A stretch of DNA of 64,000 bases, taken from contig NC_087455.1 of the NCBI RefSeq assembly GCF_036321535.1, positions 1,984,001 to 2,048,000 of the forward strand. The letters run 5' to 3'. The stretch is from Camelus dromedarius (taxonomy: Eukaryota). The notes under the pieces are model-generated. The model saw only the letters and a program-made list of their open reading frames with translations, was not told where the DNA came from and did not search any database. A program made the translations under genes and the position numbers. Below, piece by piece: positions 33,846 through 46,559 of the stretch (position 1 is its first letter; every line of letters begins with the position of its first letter).

Positions 33846-36629
33846 CCAGAAGGGCATGCAGCTCCCAGGAGGTGCACAGAGTCAGAGGCGCCCAAATGTC
33901 CAAACACCACACCACCCAGCATGGGATGGAGGGGGCAGCGGGGCCGGCGGGAGGACTGCACCCATCTGGAGCCCTCCTGCCCCTGGTCCCCTGGCTAGAG
34001 GAGGAGAGAACGGCGGTCCCTGGGCAGTACCAGGAAACAGGGAGCCTCTGCTCCTTGGGCTGGCCAAGTGCCGGGCAGTCTGGGGCTGGCCAGCCCGCCA
34101 GAGAGCGGGGCAAGCTCAGAGGGAGGGCGAGAGGAGCTGAAGGGCGGGATGCCCTGGGGCTTCCCTCTGAGCCAGGGGAAATGGGTGTCCGTCCCCTGAG
34201 ACCAGAAGGGTGCGGAAAAGCACACTTTCCTTCTCAACTGGTCCTGAAGGAGGCCAGGCGCCCCAAGGAGGCTGGAGCTTGAGCAGGGGCCAGATTCACA
34301 AGCAGGAAGACAAGGTTACAAAAGGCCGGCCCCTTTGAGCCCACAGCCACGGACGCTCGGCATTTCCTGGCCCGCGGGCCTGGACGTGTGCTCCCCGAGG
34401 CCCCAGCGCGGCACCTGGCAGCCTGCACGCGCGGCCGCCGCGGGACCGCCGACGCCGCCAGCTGTGCAGGGGGGCTGCCCGCCGCCCCGCCTTCGGCGCT
34501 AACGACGAACAGCTGTTCCTGCAGCAGGAGACGTTCGCACTCGGCGCTAGGAGGCCCTGCGTGCCTGCTTTCCTGCCAGGGCCCTGGGCCATCATAAACC
34601 CACTTCCAGTGAGCTAAGCTGTGAGCCGGGCTCCTGGGGGCTGCCTTGCAATGAGCGCTCAGTGCTGCTGAAGCCCCTCTGGGTTCCGGGGGCTGAGTCC
34701 GCGTCAGGGAGGCTGTGACTGTGCATCAGGCCACTGCTGGGCCGGGGAACCCAGCAGACCCGGGGCGGGAGGTCAGGAGGACAGAAGAGGACTGGAGGGC
34801 AGGAGAGGATGGCCGAGGGGAGAGGCTGGAGAGTCTGGGTAGAGGGCTTCACGCAGAAACCGTGTTGCCAGCTTTCCCAGGCTGCAGCCAGGGTCCGTGC
34901 TCCTGCTCAGTGGAGGGGATGCTGGAATGCAGCTGAGCGCAGAGGGGGCTCCTTCCAGGGGGTGGGTGGACACACGCATTCCCAGTGGGAGCCCGGGCTG
35001 ATGGGCAGCAAGAAGGGCTGTTGGAAGGGGGTCTTCCGCCCTGTCAGCCCTGAGTGTCCAGGGGTCTCCTGGTGTCCTGATGAGTGGATGGAACAGAATG
35101 ACCATACACTGTGGGGTGACCGTGACTCTGATCTCCAGGAGTGGGGCTTGTGGGGCACACGGATGACCCCAAGCTGGGGTGTAAGACATTGATCTTCACT
35201 GACCTACGGGACTGAGACAGGTAAACGAGCACCAGTCCCTGAACACCAAGGCAGCAGACTGTGTGGGCGGAGCTGAGGGGCGTCAGGACCTGGTCCTGGC
35301 AGGGGCCCGGGGGACCCGCAGCCTGGGCTCTGGGACAGGGCTGGCTCCGTCCCTCCTTGGCCAGCCTTGTGGCTGCCCCGGGGTCCCTGCTGCCTTGCTT
35401 ATTGGTGACCTTGGGTGGGTGTCTCACCCCCTATACCTCAGGCTCCCACCCACCGAGAGTGCTGAGGAGGGGGTGGCCTGGATGCGGGGCCCCGCCCCTC
35501 GGCACTTCTGAAGTCTGCCTCCCACCCTCGCCTGTCTGCCCATCTGACTCACGAGTCGCCTTGGGAGAGTCAGTCCTGAGGCTCAATGGCCCATGAGGAG
35601 GACCCGGTCCCCCGGCTCTGCCCCCTCCCATCCAGCAAAGGCGACTCAGGGCGGCTGTGAATTCCCAGCGGCTGTGACAGCCAGCCTGGAGCAGCAGGTC
35701 CAGGAGGTGGAGACCAGGTCCTCCCTCCGGCCTGGGGGCAGCTGCAAACCGAGGAGGTGGGGGCCGTGCGAGTTTCCCTCTCACCCTGTCCTCTTTCTCA
35801 CTCACTTTGGGGAGGGCTGTTTGCTGCCAGCAAAGCCCAGGTGTTCACAGACCCGACAGGGCGGCTGTGCAGGGCGCCCTCTGGGCCCTGCGGGGTCCTT
35901 GGCACATGCGACCCGGAAGCTGGGGCGGCGTTACTGCTATTCTTTCTGGCACAGACTCTGCCTTCAGGCTGCCTTCCTTGCTCTGCTGACCCCTGACCCC
36001 CAGGCCAAAGCCATCTCCCTACAACCCACCCTCAGCAGCCCACGCGGGAGTCGGGGTTGAGAGCCACGCTCCTGGCTGTGCTCGGTGACCTCACCCCTTC
36101 CAGCTCTGCTCACAGGGCTTCCTCCGCCGGGTGGGCTCTGGCTCAGCCTGCAGAGCCCACCTCCAGGATCACCTCCTCCAGGAAGGCCCCCACCTACTTG
36201 TCAGGACCGATTTCTCCTTCCACGCCCACCCTGTGGTGTCTGGGCAGCCGCAGCTACCTCTCTGCCACCCGCTGCAGACCGCTGCTCCCTTCGTGAGGCC
36301 CACTTTAGATGGTGACCTCCACGATGGCAGAAGCATGTAGCCCCTGGGGGGCCTGTACTGTCACCCCGTTTCATGGCTGAGGAGGTGGAGGCTGAGACAG
36401 AAGTGGCCTCCCGAGGCCTGAGGTGGGGGCGGGAGGCAGACACAGGATCCTGCCCCCAAGTCCCCCCCTTAACACCCCCTGCCTGTTACTTGTTGCTCAA
36501 AGCTGCCCCCTTCCCAGACCCTAGCTGGGTTCTGCCTCGGTTTCCCCACCTGGAGCCCTGTTTCTGACCTCAGCACTCGTGGTCAGATCACAGACCCTGC
36601 CCAGACCTTGTCCATACCCTTCCCCAGGC

Positions 36630-36790
36630 AGGGTCGGCATAGCTAGTAAATTTAAATTCCAGATAAACATTGTTTTTTAGTTAAATCTATTCTGTGCACT
36701 ATTTGAAACATACTTTGGCTGGAACAGTCTTATTCATTATTTAGCTGCAATTCAATTTTTGCTGGGTGTCTGATTTTATCTGGTAACTCA
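36630..36790. mobile_element. MER53 (palindromic hAT-type MITE), diverged
   Basis: gtaaatttaaattccagataaacattgttttttagt...aattcaatttttgctgggtgtctgattttatctggtaac. Confidence 0.75.
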
Positions 36791-37149
36791 CCCTCCAGCG
36801 TCGGCCAGCAGCCCTCTTCGTCCTCACCACTGGTGGGGTTACCCTGGATGGATTGGTGAGTCAGACTCTAAACATGGCAGCGGGAGCCCAGTGCCCTCCA
36901 TCCCACCGACAGTCCTCCCAGGATGTGGAAAAGCAGCCACATGCTCAGGCCGAGTGGACGCTGCCTGGTGACCTCCCAGCTCCTCTCCCCAGTGCTCTGT
37001 CCCTCCAGGACATGTGGCTGGGCCTGAGTGCCTTGGGCTGAGCGGGCCTGGGCGTGGCAGGACAGACAATGCTCTGGCCACCCCCACCAAGACACCTGCA
37101 TCCCCAGCAAGGCTGTTGGCCCCAGGGCAACATCCTCCTTTCCCTGTGT

Positions 37150-37300
37150 TCTTGACTCAATTCAGCACCAAGGATGCTGTGAAGGAGCGTCTGTGACCTC
37201 ACTTCACAAGTGAGGAAACTGAAGGCTGAACTAAACAGGTTGTGTCACTGGTGCGTGGCTGCACCATCCATAAGCAGCAGAGTCAGGATGCGGACTCACC
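37150..37300 (-). mobile_element. MIR fragment
   Basis: cacttcacaagtgaggaaactgaaggctg..agcagcagagtcaggat. Confidence 0.6.
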
Positions 37301-37639
37301 CCAGACACCTCCAAAATCCACTCTCCCCACCGACTGCTATCCACCCCCAACTCCTTCTCAACGTGAGTGGACACTGTGGGTCTTCTCCCCTGCCTTGCCA
37401 GCCTGGACAAGAGTCTTGGCTCTCTGCTGTGCCCACCCACCCTGGTCCCTCATCTTCTAGACACCCTGGCCCACCCCTTCTGGACAAACCCCCTCAGCCT
37501 GGCTGCTGCGTGGGTGGGCCTCAAGCAGGAAGGCCTGCCAAGCGTCTCCCCAGGTCCGAGACCCCTCCCCAGGGCTCCAGGAGTCCATGCCACATGGGCC
37601 CGTATTGGCTTCACGAAAGCTTTTTGATGATGACAGTGG

Positions 37640-38350
37640 TGGCAATGGTGTTTAGAATTTCTGCTTTAACCTATAAGAAGTATCACCCTTCATGACTCAA
37701 CTTTAGAAGCATCTCCATTAGAGTGAAAAACAAGCAGAGAGCGCCTATGATCGCCTATCTTTCGCTCAGTTTAATGTTGAACTGTAAATAATTCTTGATG
37801 GGTGACTAGACATATTGAGGACAATAAAAATCCAGAATTAAAGATCTAAATGTGATAAACATAGCTTTTGAACAATTAGATTAAAGTAGAGAAAAATATT
37901 CCATGACCTCAGGGTAAAGAAGAATTTCTAAAATAAGACAAAACAGAGACATAAAGAGGAAAATGATCAATTTGGAGATACCAAAATTTAAACTTCTGGA
38001 TGAAAAAGGACCATAAACATAGTTAACGGCAAGAGACTTGCTGAGAAAAAGCACACGGCCAAAGACGGATCAATGTCCGGAATCCACAGAGAACATCAAC
38101 ATGTCGGTAAGAGGTCAAGCCCCCAAAGGAGATCTAGGCGAAGTGCACGACCGGCGACTCACAGGAGGGAACATCTGCGCCATGGCGGTGCTCTAAGACA
38201 GATTCACTGGTACGTGATGCTTAATTCCATCTTCACTGAAATAGCTTCTCACAACTATCTGTTCATAACACAACCACCCATGGCACCAGAGGAACTGAGG
38301 GGCGAGGCCAAGACCATCCGCATCCACGCACGTGCCCTGCAGAAATGGCG
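37640..38350 (+). mobile_element. L1ME-like ORF2 fragments
   Basis: aattaaagatctaaatgtga..aaatattccatgacctcagggtaaagaagaatttctaaaataagaca..aaaatttaaacttctg. Confidence 0.75.
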
Positions 38351-38354
38351 GCCG

Positions 38355-38560
38355 GGAGGCCACGCGGCGCCGTGGCAGAGGGCTCAACCCCGGACGGGCT
38401 TCTTGGGACATCGCCTGGCTGGGTAGCACTAGGCAAATGGGGCAACTTCTCCACACCTCAGTTTTCTTACCTATGAAATGGGCGCCTCCCCTCTGGACAT
38501 CACCGTGCAGATTCCATGACAGATGTGAGTAAAATTACTAGACCAGCACGTAGTAGACAA
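38355..38560 (+). mobile_element. MIR fragment adjacent to / within the L1ME relic
   Basis: cacacctcagttttcttacctatgaaatggg core; the 5' part is GC-rich. Confidence 0.55.
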
Positions 38561-38574
38561 ATGACACCATTTTC

Positions 38575-38930
38575 GTCATGACACCGTTTGCAACAGAAAA
38601 CACCAGGAAAAAAGCCAAGCGCCCATCAGTTCGGGGATGGGTATGCCTTTAACATTTTCACGTGATGGAGGACACTGCAGCACTTCAAAACATACAAAAT
38701 GGACCCATATTGTCAACATGGATGGACCTTAAAAGTAAAATGTTGAGTAAAAAGAGAAACTCAGAACATTACTTACACTATCATCCCATTTATGTAAATG
38801 TGTGAACACACAAAACGATAGGACACGTGGTTTACGGTACTCAGATGCAGGAATGGTAGAAGACATGGACTAATTACTCCCCAATTTATGACAACTGGTT
38901 GCCTCCAGGAAGGGTTTTTTTTTTTCACTT
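38575..38930 (+). mobile_element. L1ME3/4-like 3'UTR
   Basis: caacatggatggaccttaaaagtaaaatgttgagtaaaaag..atcccatttatgtaaa. Confidence 0.7.
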
Positions 38931-39139
38931 GGGGTGGCAGGGACATAAGGGTTTGTGATAAAAGCTTTTCTCGTTGTCTGGGGCTTGTTTCTGTCAATAT
39001 TCTTCCTTTAGGCAGAACCCCTAGGAGGTGTCCCCTCACGCGCAGCCCAGTCTCCCCGAAAAATTGTCACTCATCAGACCTCAGCTCAAAGATCAGCCCC
39101 TCAAAGAAGCCTACTGCATGAGTCAGCATCAGGGAGGTG

Positions 39140-39240
39140 GGATCACTGTCCAATAAAAGAGACCCCAAAGAGCTCCCTCACCCCTTCCGCCACATGGGGA
39201 CACAGCCAGAGGATCATCTGTGAGGCAGGAAGGGGGCCCG
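39140..39240 (+). mobile_element. MLT1A-like LTR fragment
   Basis: aaaagagaccccaaagagctccctcaccccttccgccacatggggacacagc; homologous to ~21970-22020 in this window. Confidence 0.75.
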
Positions 39241-39744
39241 GGCATCCTTTGCTCCTCCAGCCCGTGCCCTGGACTCTGGTTATTGCAGAGAGCAGCCCTC
39301 CAGCACCACTCCTTGTGTGTCTGGCTGAACCGCCACTGTCAAATCCAGCTGTGCTCCAAACTGCTGGGGGCCCTGGAGACCCCATCTCCCCCTCGGCCGC
39401 CTCCTCCGGCTGACAGAAGTGAGCAAGCTCCCACGTGGCGGCTGACTGAGGGGCCCCACCTTGAGCCTGGGCTCATGGCCCGATTAAGCTAAACGTAGCA
39501 GAACATGGAGAGGCCCTGAGATAAACACAGAGACGGGGAGGGTCATCACCGCAGCGGGGAGGGAGGCTGAAAACCAATTAACAGATAAGGATGCCCATCC
39601 TTCTGCCCTCTGAGTATCCATTTGCTGTGGGGGCAGTCAGAGCCACTGCCCGCCCAGGGAACGAAAACCCCCTGGGGAGGAGCGGGAGAGAAAGAGCTGG
39701 GAGCTAACAGAGCCAAGGGATGCCGAGTATCAGGCATACACGTG

Positions 39745-40240
39745 TGTCACCAGCACACTCACCTCTACCAGCCCTGTCACCACCGTTACTACTGTCATCA
39801 TCATGCCTACCACCACGACTACCACCACCAATAATACAACNNNNNNNNNNNNNNNNNNNNNNNNNNNNNNNNNNNNNNNNNNNNNNNNNNNNNNNNNNNN
39901 NNNNNNNNNNNNNNNNNNNNNNNNNNNNNNNNNNNNNNNNNNNNNNNNNNNNNNNNNNNNNNNNNNNNNNNNNNNNNNNNNNNNNNNNNNNNNNNNNNNN
40001 NNNNNNNNNNNNNNNNNNNNNNNNNNNNNNNNNNNNNNNNNNNNNNNNNNNNNNNNNNNNNNNNNNNNNNNNNNGGGAGCACTGTCATCATGTCACTAAC
40101 TTCACCATGATCATAACCATCACCAGAAATCTCAGCACCAGCCCCCGCATCCCCAGGACCTAACACAATTCCTGGCTTACATCAGGTTCTCAAAAAGGTT
40201 GTACAAATGAGCTACCATCACCTCCATCACCACCTTCCGA
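39745..40240. repeat. (CAC/CAT)n low-complexity region spanning an assembly gap
   Basis: caccacc/catcatc motifs on both sides of the N run. Confidence 0.75.
39841..40074. other. Assembly gap (234 N)
   Basis: Run of n characters. Confidence 1.
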
Positions 40241-42244
40241 ATCACTCATTTCACTCTGAGGGGAGGTCCCCCACCTGTCCTGCCAGGATTACACCCATAT
40301 CCAGGCATTGGCTTGAGGAGAGTTGGCCCTTATCCCCACATGTCCTGAGTGAGCTCTGAGACATGGAGATTTGGGGAATGTCCTTTGTGCTGATGAGAGA
40401 TGCTGTAGGCCTCCTGAGCTGGCCCCACCCTTGGCCCCAGCCAGAGACCCTTTATTGCTGGGCTGCACTCCTACGTACCTGTGTACGTGTGCACCTGCGG
40501 TCAAGCTCAGCAGCGGGGCCTGGTCCCCCGCCCCCCTGGTGATCTGCCCTCCATCCTCCCGCCAAGAGCCTCACTTCTTCCTGCACAGCCCACCACTGAA
40601 GGGCCTGCCATGGTTTCTAAGCCTACCGACTAGACCCAGTCCCAGTTCCCTCTGCCTCTGAGACCTCTGTGCTTTGCCGGTGATGAGTGCCTTAGACTGG
40701 GCTCCCCAGAAATAGTCCCTGCAACAGGTCCGTGTGCAGGTTTTGGCATGCGCAGACAAGGGGGCGTCCAGGGGGAGTAAGGACAGAAGGCCAGTCCACA
40801 AAGAGTGTCGCCGGCCTCGGCTGCTCAGCCACAGTGACCCAGGCCCTGGGGCAGCTGAGAACCTGCCCCAGCTCTCCCCACCCTCAGCTTCCCTCCTGCG
40901 CACCGCATCCTGACCGCATGGACCTTTCGGTTCCTGCAAAGAGCCAGGATCCTGCAGCCCCAGGGTCCCCGCCGGGCTCCTCTGTCTACCTAGAGAGCTC
41001 TCCCTCACCTCCACTCCCTCAAGGGCACTCCTTCAGGCAGCCCTCCCTGACTTCACACAAGACGAGGTCTCTCTGTCCTGCGCCCCCTGAATGTTTCACA
41101 CCTACCACTCAAGGAGCCCTGTCACACGAGCTGAACGACTGAATGAGTGTCGCATCTTTTCCTAGACAGTTGTGTCCACCCCACCCGGAAAACAAGGAAG
41201 CTGGCTTTTCACTTCTTTCATTTTGGACAAACCAAAGTGAGGAGTCAACCTGTGCAGGTGGAAAAGAAACAGACATCAAACTGGCTTGGGAAGCCCAGAG
41301 GGGCCACGGGGACCAGGCAGCCTTAAAGTCAGGGAGCTGAGGCCCTGGCCCCAGAGAAGTCCATCTTGTCCCCCAAGCCCAGTCCGGCCATCCCTGCCAT
41401 GACCGGGAGGGGTGCTGGGAAGAGGCACTTCTGGCTCGTTCTAACCCTGCGGTCCTTAGAGAGCAGGAGACAGCACAGACCCAGGATGGGGACAGCCTTC
41501 CCTCCTGCATCTCAGCCGTGTCGGCGCTGCTGTGTGCCTCCAGTCCTAGGACTCTCTTTCCGGTTCGGTGGAGGAGAAGGATGCTGACAGGCACTGTCCC
41601 CACCATCCCCACTCCCTCCACCCATTGTAAAGGGCCCTCGCCTGCTCCTCTCAACATAACAGTGTCTTCTGAAATGACTTCGTTATTATCATCTTTAAGT
41701 GACATCCTCCAACTGTGCGGTCACCCCTTGGAGCCTAATGGGAACTGACAGCTTCTCTAGAAAGAATGCCCCAGTCATCCATCTGCAATTTGCCATGAAA
41801 TATGTTTCATTAAGATGCCAGCTGGGCAAGCAGGGAGTCACCACCTCCTGGCCACAAGCAGATCCAGAGCCAGGGTGGGAAGGGGCACCACCATGCTCCC
41901 TGCCGCGCCACTCACCGTGGGAGGGACTGTGGACAAACCGCTGAAACCTGCTCTGGTTTGGTTTCCTCGCCTGTAAAGAGAATCGTAATTGGCGCTTAAG
42001 GCGGGCACAGGGCGTGGTGAGGGTTGGGTCCTCCGGAGAGGGTCTACTGGACGCTGCGGACATCTGTCCTGCACCAGCCCCAACAAGGACGCAGGCGTGG
42101 ATGCCAGCACGCAGGCGCTGACACAGCACTTGGCACTGACACGCTGACACCCACGCGCAGACTGCAGACCCTGACGCAGAGCTCCCGCAGCAGCACCGGC
42201 ATGACCCTGGTGACAGCAGACCCCACCAATCGTCCCGTAGCAGA

Positions 42245-42440
42245 GTTTGTTTTGTGACAAGTGCTACGCTAAGTGCGCTGAAGACATTATCGCCTTTGCC
42301 TTTGTGACAAGCCTCAGTGGTGGGGCCTGCGATTGTTCCACTTGACACGTAAGGAGCCCAAGGCACAGAGAGGTTAAATAACATGGCCAAGGTCACACAG
42401 CTGAGAACTATAGGAGCCCAATCACGCCCAGGCCGTCTCC
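42245..42440 (-). mobile_element. MIR, near full length
   Basis: aaggcacagagaggttaaataacatggccaaggtcacacagctg. Confidence 0.8.
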
Positions 42441-44309
42441 GTCTGCTTCCCAGGATGTGCAAAGCGTGGCCTCTGCCCTTGAACTGCAGAACAACAAGAC
42501 AGGATAGGGGTGTTACCACAGGAAGTCATGGCAGACTGCCGGGCAGAGGTGACCCCTCGCTGATCCTGGAAGAGGATTGGCAGCCATGGAGGGCAGGGAG
42601 GTTTCACACACTTAGAACAGCATGAGCTTTGCCCGGGGGCAGGTTCCACCCCCTTCCCGTCTCTGTCTCTTCATCATCTTCGTCACCACCGCAGCAACAC
42701 CTCCCCAGGTTGCAAGACGAGCAGCCAGTGAGAGGGTGTGGGCTTCACATCGCTCGATGAAAATTCATGCTCCCTCTGGTGAAAGCACCTGAAAATCCAC
42801 CAGTAAGTGAAATTTGACCCGTCAAGCAGCATTATAAAATATTAGATAAAATTGTCTTTCTATAAAACCCAGAATAGGTTTCATTTTTCCCAAGTCTCCA
42901 ACAGAAATAGACATTCTGTGAGTGGAGCTGGCCTCTTTAGACGTCACCTAGGGAACTGGGGGGCTCCTGAACCCCAAAAGCCTGGCCACCTGCTGAGGGC
43001 AAGAGGAGTGCCTGGCAGGGGAGGAGCGGGCCGCACGTTTCCGGCTTCACTGCCCCTCCGTGGACTGGTCCATCGCGATGCTCAGCCTCCGCTCCGTGTG
43101 GCCTCCACATGCTGCTGAAAAGCACCCTGGGAAGAGGGAACCCAGAGGCCATCGAAATCCAGCCTTGGTTGTTGGTGCGACTTCAGAGAGCGATGTCTTC
43201 TTCCCGGGCCTCTTCTCCTTCAGCCACTCATCCGTCAGAGGCACTCTTTGTGCGGCTGTGTGTTCTCTCCAGGCCCGGGGCTGCCCGGAGGCCAGGCTGA
43301 CATGACTCCCGCCTGGCGGAGTGTGTCTGCCCGCAGGGTCCGTTAGTCAGCTTTTCCTGCAACAAAGAACCTTGAGACCCACCCCCTGGCTCTTGGAGGC
43401 GGGCCTGTGCTCTGAGCTCAGGTCCTGAGGGCCTCCCCAGGGCCCTCGACCATGAAGCGTCCCCCGAGCCGGCGCATCCTCGCAGAGCAGGGACACCAAA
43501 GGGGCGGAGCAGACACCCGGTGCCCTGGAGACCCTGCTGGGTGGTGGCCCAGCATCACTTCCAGCCATGTCCGGCCAGCATGCTCGGCACTGGTGGGGGC
43601 ACCGCACCCCGGCACCGCAAGTCCTCTGCACAGATGTGGGAGCTCAGTGCCCTCAGGGCGCAGAGGCGATGTTCCCATCTGCTCCAGGGGAATCCAACAA
43701 GGGCATAAAAACCGCAGATCAGAGAGAGACAGAGATGGGGAAGCTGGGCGGGGGGTGGCAGGGGACCAATCTGAAAAGAGAGGGCCTGTGTCCCCCCACC
43801 ACCGCCCTGGCACCCGCAGGCCCCCCTGATCTGTGTGTCCTGCAGTGCCAGCATGGACTCCGGCCCCTGTGGGTGCGCAGTCAACCCGAGCGAGGGAGAG
43901 GGAGCGGCGCGCACCCACGGCGGAGCACGACGAGGCGCCGGGCTGGGCTACCGTCCTCGGAGGGCTCCTCCCTGTTCTGTTTGGCAGATTGGGAAAGAGA
44001 CACCAAGAGATGCCACAGGCTGGTCCCAGAGAGGAGGGAAGCAGCACCGGGCCTGAGCTGCAGCCAGGCCAAGGGCAGCTGGGGCTGGGATCCTGGGGGA
44101 CGTGCCCGAGGGAGGCCTGAGGCTCAGCAGGGAGAGGCCTGGTCTCCTGCAGCACAACATCAGGGTCTTAACCCACCAAATCTTCAGAATTCAAACACCT
44201 CCCTTCCCGTGAATGCAGGTTCCTCGGCGATGCCTCCCGGGCCAACTTTCTGCTGAACCTTCTCAGCCGAGCAGGAGGGCGGCCAGAGAGGGAGGCGCCT
44301 CCCAGGGCC

Positions 44310-44490
44310 TTGGAAGGGATCTAAACAAACACGCAGTCACTTGACTTTCTTCAAAATGAAATTGAGTTTTAGATGTCAGCATTTGGCCGGGAGGAAAATA
44401 AATGCCATTGAAGGCCAAGTTACCGTGCCCACGTCACGATCATTTACTGGAGCTTAAACGCGGCAGTTTACAGAGTGAAATAAGAGCGTC
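44310..44490. promoter_or_regulatory. Candidate conserved non-coding element / enhancer
   Basis: AT-richer non-repeat island with FOX TAAACAAACA (44322), TGTCA/TCAGCA (44374) and CRE half-site ACGTCA (44431). Confidence 0.35.
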
Positions 44491-45282
44491 CCTGGGAGGA
44501 GGCAAGCCAGCAGCTCGCGGAGGCACCTGAGAAAATGGATGCTCACCCTTGCCAGGGAGGGGGGCGGAGGCAGGAGAATCATTGTTTCTCTTGGCAGAAA
44601 AATGCACCTCCACCGCAACGAAATACCACCAGCCCCTGCTCAGCACCTTGAGGCCTCTTCACAGCAAATCTCCTTGACTGACAGTCTGACTCTCCCTCTG
44701 CCAGGCTTGCCTCCACCATTGAGCCTCCCAGCCTGTGGCCAGGGACCCGTGGCCCGGACGGGAGTCGGGGCCAGCAGACGCTGGGAAGAGAACGGGGAGG
44801 CCAGGGGCCCCCGCCCGGCCAGGGGGAGCTCTTCCTGCAGACAGAGAAACGATGTGTTCCCACAATCGGGGGAGAATTTGCGATGGAATTAGTGCTAAGT
44901 TTGTAGAAAACTAAGCAAATGGAACAATAATACCGTTAGAAGCTCCGGGGAAACAAAACACTGATGCAGGGAAGGAAAGAAGCAACGTCTCCTGGGCTCG
45001 GCTTTGGGGCGTTTGCAGCATCGATCTGGCTGGAGCAGTGGGATCGTTGTGCCGGCGGGCGGGGGCGGGGCGAGTGCGCAGGGGGGCCACACAGGAATGG
45101 CTCCATCCTCACCCTCCCAGGTGGAAGCCGACTGCTAAACCCCAACCTGGAAAACCAAGAAGAGCGTGTACTTAGAGGGACGGAGGTGAAATAGCCCGCT
45201 TTTCAGGGGGAGCAGGTGAAGACGATTGCCTTCAACGTGGGGAGGGCCGGCCTCGCAGAGCCTGCAAGTCACAGACCTCTGA

Positions 45283-45719
45283 TGGCGCCTCCCTGGGTGG
45301 CCGTCAAATGACCACCATCTGGGGGCTTAACACAAATCTGTTCTCTTAAAGCACTAGAATCCTGAAGTCCAAAGTTAAGGTGCCGCCGACGGGGCATGCT
45401 CCTTCCAAGGCCTCCGGGGGAGGGTCCTCCTCACCTCCTCCAGCTTCTGGTGGCCCCAGGCGTTTCTGAGCTGTGGCTCCGTCACTCCTGCCCTGCCCAG
45501 TCTCCACACGGCCTCTCCTCTTCCCTCTGGGCCTCTCCTCTGTGTGTCCCCTAGAAGGACGCTTGTCACTGGATTCCGGGCCTGTCCAGACTATTCTCAT
45601 CTCCAGATCCTTAGCTCACTTACATCGGCAAAGGCCTTTTCTCCAAATAAGGTCACACTCACTGATTCTGGGAATTAGACTATGGACATATTTGGAGGGA
45701 CACCATTCAACCCACTAGA
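45283..45719 (-). mobile_element. Full-length MaLR solo LTR, MLT1C-like
   Basis: ctccagcttctggtggcc..tctcatctccagatccttagctcacttacatcggcaaaggcc..ccaaataaggtcacactcac..caccattcaacccact. Confidence 0.9.
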
Positions 45720-45754
45720 ATAACCTTGATAAGAAGTAAAGATATGTTACTCAG

Positions 45755-45895
45755 GTTCCCTGCACAGCATCCCTGCCAGGTGGCCCTTCCTCCTGCTTGA
45801 ATGCCTCTGGAGACGGGAGGCTTACTGCCTTGCATAATCAGACAGCTTGGTTGGAAGCCTGTCTTCACGGTGAGCTAACTCTGCCACCCGCCGGG
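45755..45895 (-). mobile_element. L3/CR1 3' fragment
   Basis: cagcatccctgccaggtgg..ctgcttgaatgcctctggagacgggaggcttactgcc is the reverse of the L3 tail. Confidence 0.6.
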
Positions 45896-46359
45896 AGACC
45901 TTAGCCAATCGGCTCGGAATCCAGCTGCCCCTCCATCTCCACTGCAGTCTCGTCCACATCCCCCACTGGACACGTCCAGCCCTGAGCTCTTGAGTCCCTG
46001 CCCTCCAGCCTCCGCCTCCCACTACTGGCAGTGCTCTCTGCCCTGCTGCTTAGAAGCCTTGGGGCCAGCCTTGCCCCCATCTACCCGACCCCCAAACCCT
46101 CCCCAAGGTCTGTACGCACTCTTTCTCCACTCCACACACCCTGTTCCTCATCCGGCACCTCCAGTTCCTCATCAAGCCCAACTCCGACCCCACTCCTCCC
46201 AACCTTAACCCGAACCACAGTCCGGAGCATGAGGCCCAGCGGAGCCACTGGAGGTGTCGGGATGCTGTGTGCCCGGCCTGCCCAAGGCGGCAGCCGCAAG
46301 CCGCGTGGCTAGTTACCACCGGAAAGGCAGCCAGCATGACGGGAGAGCTGGATTTTTAA

Positions 46360-46440
46360 ACCGTATTTCATTTTAATTCATTTAAATTTGAGCTTAAGGA
46401 ACCACATGCAGCTTGAGGCTACCCAGGGGACCATGCAGGT
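46360..46440. mobile_element. MER3/MER33-like hAT MITE terminal fragment
   Basis: ttttaattcatttaaattt..accacatgcagcttgaggctacc..accatgcag. Confidence 0.55.
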
Positions 46441-46559
46441 CTGGGAGGGCTCGGTGACCTCGCCCCTGGGATCGTCCACAGCCCCTGCCCCGTGTCCAGC
46501 ACATTCCCTGCCCCTCCTCCCCACCGTGGGGGGAACTGCCCCCACCCCCCGGGAACAAG

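Noticed and set aside
36630-36790. Second MER53 as a miRNA hairpin
   Set aside because: The central arms are too diverged to pair well and the miR-1302-like arm is degraded.
37161-37180. REST/RE1 site (TTCAGCACCAAGGATGCTG)
   Set aside because: Only the left half matches; it lies in a MIR relic and the right half deviates from GGACAGCGCC.
39720-40166. ORFs spanning the N run
   Set aside because: Artefacts of translating the gap.
41695-42519. 274-aa minus-strand ORF (and similar 200-270 aa ORFs at 43418-44256, 50128-50835, 53412-54107, 56610-57434 and 57961-58650)
   Set aside because: These run through MIR relics or GC-rich unique DNA where stops are rare, and I recognise no homology. BLASTX or PhyloCSF could overturn this.
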